Below, piece after piece: positions 51,400 to 61,800 of a stretch of DNA of 64,000 nt. Below the pieces are notes generated by a model. The model was given only the letters and a program-made list of their open reading frames with translations. It was not told where the DNA came from and did not search any database. The DNA comes from Amoebophrya sp. A120. Taxonomy: Eukaryota > Protista > Dinoflagellata. The DNA is taken from contig CAJINV010000014.1 in assembly GCA_905178155.1 (NCBI GenBank), positions 2,327,923-2,391,922 of the forward strand, in the 5' to 3' direction. The translations under genes and the position numbers were made by a program. Each line of letters begins with the position of its first letter. Position 1 is the first letter of the stretch.

Positions 51400-52401
51400 C
51401 TACAAATTTCCATACCAGCTGACCGTGGGCGTGATCCGATTTCTTCCCCGGCTCTTCGGTGGCGCTGGCGGATACATCGGTGTCATGATTTGTCGGCGAT
51501 GCATGACGAAGTTCCCGCAACTTCCCTGAGAGTCTTGATCCAGTTCGATCGCAAAACTGTCATTGTGCTCGTTATGGTCCACAGAGCCAACCGTAGAAGT
51601 CTCGATCGGCGGCGGTCTCGGCTTGTTATTCTTCTTACTCGAGGAGGTTTTCTTTTTGTTATTTTGACTAGAAGCGTCACCATTGCCTGCGGTACAACTC
51701 TTCTGCTCGTTGTAGGCGGTTAACGTGTCAATCGGCACGCCGAGGACAGAGTCGATCTTCTGCAAGGTTTTGCTCTTGTTTCCCTTCCCTTTTGATGCTT
51801 TCGACGTCGTCGCGCTTTTCGCAGATGATGATGAGGAGCCAGCGGAACCTGCGGAACAAGTCGTCGCTGCTTTGATCGTTGCGCTCGCGCTGCCCTTGTT
51901 TTTTCCCTTGCTTCCGCTCTGCTTCTTGTTTCCGGATGATGAAGGCGGTGGTGCAACTGGAGCGGGCTGCACTTGTTGCTCGGCGACGCTGTCTAGCTCT
52001 TCCTGGGAAAAGAGTAGCCGTGTTGAGAAAGGAGCAGCGCCGTGATGGTCCTCGTGTGCTCCAGGCCGGTCCGTTCGCTCTAAGGGGTCCTGGGGCGGCT
52101 CGACATCATCAGGCACTTCTTGTTCCTGAGAGTTGTCCTCCGATGACATCGTCGTGTCATGGCGCTGGTCTCGTCGGTCTTCTTGCAGCTGTGCAGCAGA
52201 AGCCACGTGGTCATCAAGTAGACGCAGCTCAAACTCTGCCGAAAATGAACCACCTTCGATGTCCCCGCTGTCTTGGTCAACGCCGTCCACTGAAGACATA
52301 GTTTCGGATCCAGGTCCAACCAACGCCCCATGTCTTCGCAACCCCCTGGTAGAAGGAGGGTGCCTGTGGTCTGCTAGGGCAGGCTTGCTTGCTGGCATCA
52401 C
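51400..52401 (-). CDS. Low-complexity ORF, probably the first exon of the Wee1 gene
   Basis: A donor TG|gtatgg at 51415 and an acceptor aaag|C at 50797 would join in frame (VS-C-QMSSS). Otherwise it is a separate hypothetical gene. Confidence 0.55.
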   Translation of the reverse strand: MMPASKPALADHRHPPSTRGLRRHGALVGPGSETMSSVDGVDQDSGDIEGGSFSAEFELRLLDDHVASAAQLQEDRRDQRHDTTMSSEDNSQEQEVPDDVEPPQDPLERTDRPGAHEDHHGAAPFSTRLLFSQEELDSVAEQQVQPAPVAPPPSSSGNKKQSGSKGKNKGSASATIKAATTCSAGSAGSSSSSAKSATTSKASKGKGNKSKTLQKIDSVLGVPIDTLTAYNEQKSCTAGNGDASSQNNKKKTSSSKKNNKPRPPPIETSTVGSVDHNEHNDSFAIELDQDSQGSCGNFVMHRRQIMTPMYPPAPPKSRGRNRITPTVSWYGNL

Positions 52402-53339
52402 GATCTACGCCAGCGGCTCCTTACTCAAACAGAGGGCGGAACAATGCAGGCAGAGGTAGCGACAGCAAGCGGGGCATCTGCGAGAGCAAGAAGCAAACGA
52501 TCGTAGCCCATGTAACGCCCTAACTTGGCGTCAACTTCCGTCTTCGTTCTTCTGCTTCTCATCATTTGAGCATGACTGCCGCAAAGCAACGTGCCACTAT
52601 CGTCAAAATACAAAAAAAAAACGCACTCCAACCACTCTTTCACTTCATGTTTATTTGCGTGATTGTTCTCGTGATGCACTTGCACTTGATCTTGGCCTCC
52701 TTAGCTTCTGGCTTTGAATTTGCAGGACAAGAGCGCTGAATCAAGATGGTCTCTCATAAAAAATGCGAATATTACCGGTGCGCTCTTGATAAAATGCTCG
52801 CTAGTAATTCCACCTCTTAAGAAAACGCTGTCGCTCGCCATGCCTCTCCGAACTGTCTCACAACTTTGGCTCACACAAATCACGAGTGAATGACTTGACC
52901 AAACGTTCTACACTTCTTCTTCGCCACGAGCCATAAAACCAAAACGGGACACTCACACTTCTTCGCTGCCTTTTGTTGTTGTTGGTTCGAGCAACCTCTC
53001 TTTTGGACGTTCCTCTTGTTGCTGAAATTCAAATTTGCCACAGCAAGATAAAGAACGCCACATGCTGTCGCTGCTGCACGTATTTCTATTCTACATCAAC
53101 AAAGATACATCGACTTTGCTCTCGCTCGCTATTTCCACCTCCGGCTCCTCTCAAGCAAACGCAACGCAAGCGATAATCTAAGTAGTAACGCGCGGCTTTC
53201 TGGGTGCGTGCAGTCTCGAATCGTATTCACAGCGGCAACCGCGTGGCGCTTCCCCTTCCTCTCGAGTACTACAATTCGCACGACGAGCAAGCAACAACAC
53301 ATACACAAGCCCATGTCAATGATAAAGCTCAAAAACCTA

Positions 53340-54920
53340 AATCACAGCGGCGCTCTATCTCTAAGTCTAATCGTACTAGAAGCTGAATAATATAACCGAT
53401 AAGAGCGGCGCGCGTGCGGCGTGTGCGAATTTATATCGTGCTAGCTCGCTACCTGCATCAAAACGCGGCGCCCGTCCCTGCGGCGAGAGCGCGGGCGGCA
53501 GGCAAGGGCTGGCTGCAACACTGACCGGCCCGCCGGGGGCCGGGCAAAGGCCCGCGCGCCGATGTGGGTCTGCCCATGCAACGGCGTCTGCCAAGTAGGG
53601 TGCCACCATACCCACCCGCGCCGTGCGAACGCACGGACGAGGGGCGGGCGCCGGCCGGGTGCCAGCGCTGGCTTCGCTCAATCAGTCAGAGAGAGTCAGC
53701 AGGCGGGGCCCACACGCTGGACACGAGCACCAAGGGCCCACCGGGGTAACCTACCAGCGAACGAAAAAAGCAAGACACACAAGGCCGCGGGGAAGGGCCA
53801 GGGCCGGGCGGGGCGCAGCTCGGGACCAGTGGCCCAGCGGTCGCTCGGACCGGGTACGCAGGCGATGCGCTCTTCCTCACCCGGCAAAACCCGCGCGCCC
53901 CGCCCTCTTCGCTGTCGCAGCGGGCACAGTGCGCCCCCCCCACTTCTGCCCGCCAAATTATTGCCGCGGCTTTTCGCGGAGGGCCGGGAGGGGCAGGGCC
54001 GGCGCGCCTGCGGCACGCAGAAAACAGGGGGGCGCACGCGGGCGCCGGGCCGGCGGGCCGGGCGGCCTTCGGCGCGCCGGCCTGCTAGCTTTCGGAGCAC
54101 GGGGGGCCGGCCCACCACCATCTTGCTACGGCCGGGCAGCGCAGTCCGGCGCGCCTTCCCTTTTCCCTTCTACCGACGCGCTGCCGCCCCCCCGCGCGCT
54201 ACACGGGCGACGACCATCCAACCAAGCCTGCCCGGGCAGGCCGGCGGCCGGTCTCTTCCCGGTCCCACTTTCGCCGGGGCAATACAGACGCCGCGAAGGG
54301 GCCCCACCGAGCAGCGCCCTCCGCCCCGCGCGCACAATTCGCCCGGGCATGCGTGGCAGAAATCGCCGCGCGCCCCCCTCCCGCCCGGTCCATCCAAATT
54401 GCGCCCCCCGGCCCCCCTCATCCGTATTACGAACCCCCCGCCCGTCAACCAAGCACAAACAAAATGGATCGGGCGCAAAAAGTCGGCCCCCACAACGAGC
54501 GCCACAGTGCCCCGCTTCGCGTCCGCCAAAAGTGCGGCCAGTGTTTCGGAATTCCACGAAGCGGAGGGAGGCCCTCGCCGGGCTCGGCGCTTTTCACGCG
54601 CCTGGCTAGTGCGGCCGTCCTGGCTCTGGCGCAGGCCCGGGGTCGCAGAAGGTTGGGCAAGGTGTGGGCCTTGCCAATTCCGGACAGGGCCGGCGCCCTC
54701 CGCCGGAGCGCAGCGACCAATCAACTAAAGCAACAGCCTCTGCAAGTTGTGCGGTCGTTCAAGTACTAACTCGGCCACTTTTGATGCGGCTCCACCAGAT
54801 GGAAGAACACTGCCACGAATAAAGCGCGACTAGCATCAAACCGCATGCATTTTAGCGCTCCTAGTTCGCCGGGGTATTATAGGAGCTTACTCCTTAGTTG
54901 TAGCGTCTTAGCGCCCAGTC
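53340..54920. repeat. Second GC-rich degenerate inverted repeat, centre about 54100
   Basis: Symmetric matches gcatcaaaa (53455-53463) with ttttgatgc (54779-54787), tgctag/ctagca, and ggcaaaggccc/gggccttgcc. Sharp GC rise relative to the flanks. Confidence 0.45.
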
Positions 54921-55859
54921 ACAACAAACCTGCGGCCTTTTTAACAACAACATATTTGAAGATCGTTTCTTCACTTGGCTGCTGCTTGTTTTTACAACCG
55001 TACTCGCTGAACATATTCTCGCCCACCTCAGGAGGATTCAACACATGTCTTTCGCTGCAATTCAACAATCTAGGTACCAGGGGTAGGCGATAGCTGTTCT
55101 AAATCTCATTCAGTAATTACTTGACGTTGACTTTGATTCTTGGACAAATAAAGGTAGCATAATTCCTGCACTGGATTCTGGTAATTTATTCGGGCTCATG
55201 TCGTGACTACCACTCGTACCAAAGACGATGATGATGATTGATGAAACCCAACGGTGTTTGTTTTTCGCAAACAGTTCCAGTTGCGTGGTGGTCATTGTTA
55301 TTTAAACAAGATAAAGGGGTCTTGCTCTTGCATTTTGAACGTTACTACTGTTTTGCAAAGGTTGTAGCAAGTTCGTTTTGAAATTGAAATCGGAAAACAA
55401 AAAGAGCTCGAAAACTTCGGGAAAAGAAAATCGAAAATGCGACTAATTCCTTTGAAGACACTTCTTCATAAGCATACTCGAGGACTCCTTAGCGTCCCGA
55501 ATAGCAGCATACCTGTGCACCCGTGAATTTCGGCTTTTTGAATTCATGCGCGATAAACGCTTTCACTCAACAAATGGTTTAAAAGGTCTCGGTGAAACTC
55601 ACTGAATCACAATCATCAAGATGTTGAAGTCCAGTGTAATAGAAATAGTCTTCATTTTGACGAATAAAAATAAAGATAAACAAGAAAAACAATCGGATCA
55701 TACCACGATAGCGCAGTACTACCTTCATGGAAAAATTGCCAACAATTGTCTAGTACAACTGCGAAGTCGTTCTGATACTGGAACTACAGCAGGTATAACC
55801 TCAAATTCAACAAGTATTCAAAATTTTCTTTTTCTTTTAGTCCTTATCCAACTCTTATT

Positions 55860-58800
55860 TTACACAGATTCCGTGTCCAAGCTTCCCTTTTCCTGCTCAC
55901 TCTCCCCCTCGCCAGCTTCTATCTGCTGCTCCTCCTCCTCCTCCGCCTCTTCTTCTTCGTGCTCATGCTCACCCTCATCCAGCACCCCGCCGTCTCCTGG
56001 AACAACATCATCCGCAGCTGCCTCCACCTCTACCACCGCAGAAGTACTACCAGCCCCGGGTTGCGGCACCACAGCCCCCCGCCCACTCGGGCTCGCCGCT
56101 CCGGTGGAAACGGACGTGACAGATATTCTCTGCACGTTCGGCATCGCGGTAATCAACACCGGATCCGGGAGAGGCTGTGCCACGATTGCGACACCACCCT
56201 TAGGGGATTTAATCCCGCCCGGCGGGACCTCGACTTCCTCCGGCTCTTCCTCCTTCTTCTCCTCTTCCGCATCCTCTTCGGCGGCTACCTTTTTGCCCCA
56301 GGGCATCTTCGCGGACAGGGGCGAGCTGTTCGCCAGCGCCTCGGCGGCCCGGGCGGACCACTCCTCGTGCTTGGCGAGAATGGCGTCGTCCATGTCAAAG
56401 ATGTTGATCAACCCGAAGGGTCGCACGAACTTCTGCCACAACCCCAGAATGGCCGCGAAAATCGCGGTGTAACCGGCCAGGGCGCCGATCAGAGCGAGTA
56501 ACCCCGCGAGGGACATTATCCTGAGTAAAAACGTACCCACACCAGAGTTGTGATGCAAATCTGCATGCCAAAAAAGTTTGTCATGCGGAGCGCCACGAGA
56601 GGCATTTTCTCGCCATCTTTTGGAACTTGTGATGCTATAATCTGCATGATATGCTAGATCTCTGATGCTGCTGAACTCCTACCGAAACAGGATTACACTA
56701 CGAGGAGAAATTCGTCATGCCAAATGACCAAAGCTGGCTGATTTGTCTAGCAGAGTTCCCATCTTGACTCTGGTCGTGTGGGGACGTTTTTACAAATGAT
56801 AGACATGTTGGGGATTTCTTTAAACCGGATCGACGCGTGGTCGATTTCGAAAACCAGCCTGACCGAGCATTTCGACTTCATGGTGTGGTCCGCCTGGCCG
56901 TACGAGATGTCAAGCGCGCCAATGTTGGACACCCACCGGTCCAGGATGATAGAACCGTCATACTTGTGCTCCAGATAGATCGGGGAGACGGACCAAACCT
57001 GAAGGAATTGTTCGTTTCAATTTGTATGTTTTCGTTTTGTCCATTTGCGGATCATCTTGGTTCAAATTGCCAATCGAAAATCGGTTCTGACGTCTTGCAT
57101 GTCATGCGTTCTTCAAAAAGATTTTTCCGGGACCGTAACAGCTGCTTCCACTTATCCACATGAAACAGATGATGAACTACTATTCTATACCAGCCTAATT
57201 TGGATCGCTCTTTGCGGCAGAATCGCGATCCTGCCGTCCTCGGAGCTGGTCAACCCGCGTAAAGCTGCCGACAAGTCAATCGTCTGCGACTCCAAATTTG
57301 TGAACAACTTCTCCAGCTTCTCATCGTGATCACTAGGCGGCCAGTACTCCGGCTCCGTGTTCTCTAACACATCCTTCGTCTTCTCGCGGTCGACCGTCAT
57401 GTGAATCGAGGGCAGAAACATGGGAGCGTTGGCCGGAATGCCCTGCGCGCACCCATTTACCGTGTTCATGCACTTCGCTTTCCCCCTGACGATATGGATT
57501 GCAAAAGTGTCTGGGTCTGGAAGAGTGCAGGAGTTTGTCATGCATATTTTGCATGCCCCATGAGGTCTGTGATGCATGCCCTAGCATCAGAGATTTTGCG
57601 AGGGCTTTCTGATGCTCATACCGCATGAGAAATGCCCTCTCCGCGTGCCACAAATCATACCTCTTTTGCTGTTCATGCAATACAGATTTTATGTAGAGTC
57701 CAAAGGTAGCATCACAAGTTCCAATCTTCCAGACCCAGACATTTTTGCAATTCATATACGAGGGGCTCCGCGGCCCAGAGCCGCATCTGCCCGTCCACGT
57801 AATCGGTTATGGCGTTCTCAAATGTTACACTCTCAACTGTTACATGAATTTCTAATGCAAGAATGGGAAAAGTGAAAGGGGGGAAGTTGCGCCTTTTGCA
57901 TTACAGGTTTGGCGCAGATTCTAATGCTATCTAGCGCGTCAAAAACTTGTCATGCGAAGAAGGCCTGATCGTGTGAAGAATGTTAGCGCTTTTGCATGAC
58001 AAATCATGTAACAGTTGAGAATGTAACGTTTGAGAACCCCATATCGGTGGACCCGGACATGTAGGCCTTTTCCACGTCGAGAAACTTCTTGTCGAACGTC
58101 AAAGAGAAGATGGTTTCCAAATCCAGCCCCCACTCCGGTTTGGTCGACGCGAACCCTGCGTCCCCCCGCTCCTCGGGCAATCGCCAGTGCCCCGTAAGGG
58201 GGCCTTTGATCTCGTATTGGAAGGTGTTGGTGGGCAGGAACTCCTCCAGGTAGAACATCCGGTACTTTCCCTCCGAAATGTCCTTCATGTTCTTCGCAGA
58301 CAGAGCCATGTTGTTCTTCCCGCCGGCCTGAAGCTTTCTCCGACCACCACCACCACCGGCACCACCACCACCTCCGCTGGTGCCGTTGACAAACGTGAAG
58401 GGGGTGTTTTGGCAGTTCATCGTGCGAAAGTTGTCGCTGTGTTCAAACGTCCAGGAGGCCCAGCCGCCGCCTTCCACGGACCGATCTTGGGAATAGATGT
58501 TGACCAGCTTTTCGTTCGCCACGATCCGGTTCGGACAGAGGGGCAGAGCGCCATTGGCTTGTTGAATCTGGACCCTCTTCGGCATGACGAAGAGCCCCAC
58601 CTCGACTATGGGGTTCTCAAGCGTTACATTCTCAACTGTTACATGATTTGTCATGCAAAATGACTATTACCCTCCAGACGATCAAGCTGCTTTGCATGAC
58701 AAATTCTCGGAGGGCTAAATAGCACTGAAATCCGCACCAAACCTGTAATGCAAGACGCGCAAGGTTCTCCCTCTCGCCTGTGCTAGTGTTGCATTACAAA

Positions 58801-61800
58801 TTCATGTAACGGTTGAGAATGTAACGTTTGAGAACGCCATATCGACCTCGAGCACGTTCGGCGAAGTGAAAGTCTCCGTCATATCAAAGAAAAAAAGTTC
58901 GTCACGATCACTCATGCGCATTCTTGCAATACAAAATTGTTTGTCATGCGTAAAAATGCATCACAGCCAAACTTTATTAGGGATTTCCCTAGTGTTTCTG
59001 CAACACAAGGAAAGTTTGTGATGCTGAGAAAATTTGTAATGCAAAACCTGCAAGTTAGTGACTGTGACAAACTTTTTTCTCTCCATACGTCACGGTTTCC
59101 TTGTAGCGGTCTTTCGGGAGGTAAACGGAGGACTTGTCGCGGAAAAGATTCACCGCGGTAATGGTTTGGACCACATAGGAAATTACCTGAATGAGAAGCG
59201 TTTTGGTGCTAGCGATTTGCCTCTGATACAACAAGGCAAATACATGCAGACGAGAGCGCGAGCGAGACAGCGAAGTGGTCGCTCCAATATGACATATTTT
59301 TGTTTTAGAACAAGCATCACTCGTAACATGTCAGCACTAGTAGTACCTTCTTTGCCGGCATTTTCTGCGCCACGCTCGCCGCAAACGCGGACACGGCTTC
59401 CGCGACCGTATCGGCTCCGGAGACCACCTTTGTAGTGTGCACTTTGTCGTAGAACCCCAAATCCGTGAGTTGCTGTTGCGACAACGACGGCAGTGCGCAC
59501 TGCGGCACCTGGTCGATCTTCGCGTTTGGGGGCCACTTCGTGTTGTCCGACCAGTCTAGCGTCCCGGCCGGGCAGGTAATGGTCGTCGTACGCGTGGTCG
59601 CGTTGCTGCTGTTACTGCTGTTGGTACTACTCGTCAGTTGCCGTCTCCGCTCCCCCGTTAACTCGTCCACGTACCATTGGCTATTTTCTTCCTGTTCGGA
59701 GAAGATCAAAAACCGCCTTTCGTATTCCTCGCTCCCGGGTAGCGCGGTGGCGAAATCCAAAGGGTCGTTCTGGACGGTGTTCGCCCCGGCACTGTACAGC
59801 TCCTCCGTCAGTTCCCCGTTTTGCCCATACAGATTCATGATGGATCCGCCTTCAGGAAGAATCATGTGACTGTACTGCTCCCGTAAGACGTCATTCGGGT
59901 GCTTTTCCTTAATTGCTCCTGCAGCCGAAGAAGTCCCGTCGAATGGTGCAGAACTATCCTCATTGTCGCCTTCCATCTTTTTTCTGTCCTCGAATTCCTT
60001 GACTGCGGACAGGTGATCCGACCCCCGGATCGCGTCGAGTCTCCTCCATTCCAGCGCCTCCGGGGAAATCTCGTGGTAGTCTGGGATGTCTTCCTGCAGC
60101 TTGCGGATCGAGTGCTCGCTGTGGCCGTGGATCTTCATCAGTTTGATCCAGTCCTCGTCGTTAAAGACGTCGTTTTTCAGCGTCTCCGCCATGGTCGACG
60201 CGTCCATTGAGTGCGGCGTGGATTGTAATCTGTCTCGGGTAACCACCTCGTGCATCCAGGGGAATTTTTCCTTCAATCGCAAAAAGATCATCTCCTCCTC
60301 TTCCGACATGTAGTGCGGCTCTAATAATCGTCTTCTCCTCTCTTCGGATGTTTCCTCTTCCATCTTTTTCTGCTGTTCTAGGAATCTTTTGTTCGTTTCT
60401 TTCTTCGCTTCTCTCCTCTCCTTCCGGAGGTTTTCAAAATAAGCGATCTTTTCGTTCAACAACTCCGCTTCCTTTTTGTAATCCTCCTTCTCCTTATCTG
60501 TCCACTCCTTCTTTCTTGCCTTTTCCAGCAGCCCACTATCGGTCAAGCTGGCCTTCAGCCGGATCGCCTGGCCGATGGATTCTAGATCCTTCCGGTATTT
60601 GAAATTGTTTTCCGATACGCGGCGCGTCGTCCTGGGCCACATGGAGGTTGCGCCGTAGCCGGAAGAGTAGCTGGGCCCCATCATGCCAGGCATATTGGTC
60701 GAGGTTTCGTAGTAATTATTGTTGTCATTCCAGCTTCCGTGACCGCTGGCCATCCCATCATCGGGCGGGCCGGTCGTGCCGTACATGTTGTCATCGTTCC
60801 AAGTTCCGTGGTTGTTGGTCGTCCCACTTCCGGTTGACATACCAGGCATCGGGGTCTTCCAGTTCGGCGTGTGGACCGGTGGGCTGGTGCTAGCGTGGTC
60901 CCAGTTTCCCGTGTTTCCCGTGCTGGGTGGCGATGTCGTGTGCATCGGATCTGTCGTGCCGTAGGTCGGCTGGTAGTAGCCGGGCCGCGACGTGGTCTGC
61001 TGGTAGGGATCGTAGTACGGATCGTGCTGACCGCCATACGGGTCATAGGGGTCGTGCTGCCCGCCGTACGGGTCATAGGGGTCGTGGTAACCACCATACG
61101 GGTCGTGCATGTCCACGTCGTTGTACCCCGCGACCGTCATCCCCGCATCTTGCATCATGTCCATGGCCATCAGCATGGCCGGATCCACATACCCGCTTCC
61201 CGACCCCGTGGCGGACCCCATCTGCGTCACCATGGCCGCCATGGCGTTGGTGTCCGGCATTTTCGTTTCCGTCTTGACCGCCACCGTTACCGCGGTGGCG
61301 GCGATCGCAATAGTTCCCACGAATCTCAACTCGTTCTGCAGGTTCTTCAGCAAGTTGGCCGAGGACACCGTGGCCATTTGCGTTCCGAAGTTGTCGGCCT
61401 CCTGTTTGTCCTTCTTCGCAATCTCGAAATCGACCTGGACGGAGGTCGCGGCGAGTCGCCGTTTCGCCGCGTTTTTGTGGTGGTGGTAGGGCTTTTGCTC
61501 CCGGAAGGGGACTTTGCGCTCCTTGTTTTTCTCTTTCAGCATCTCCAACTCGCGCCTGCTATATCAAATGTAAAAGTGTCTGGGTCTGGAAGAATGCAAC
61601 TTGTCATGCTAAATCTGAAGCATGCAAAAATCTGTGTTGCATGATTACCAAAAGTCGTCCAGTTTTGACCAAGTCGGGAGGGAGTTTCTCATGCAGGATA
61701 GGCATGAGAGAGATTGCGCAGAATCTGTCATGCTAGGTCCTGCATTCCAGGCTTCATGGGTCATGGAAAAGCTGCATGACAAACCGCGCATTCTTCCAGA

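Noticed and set aside
53562-54728. Long plus-strand ORFs (388 and 328 aa), and similar ORFs at 39046-39865 and 41092-41866
   Set aside because: Arg/Pro/Gly/Ala-rich and open in several frames at once, as expected from extreme GC content; no domain motifs.
56971-57193. Possible 19th element flanked by ccag direct repeats
   Set aside because: No TIR; explained by a canonical GT-AG intron 56999-57190 that gives in-frame RL|VWSVSPIYLE.
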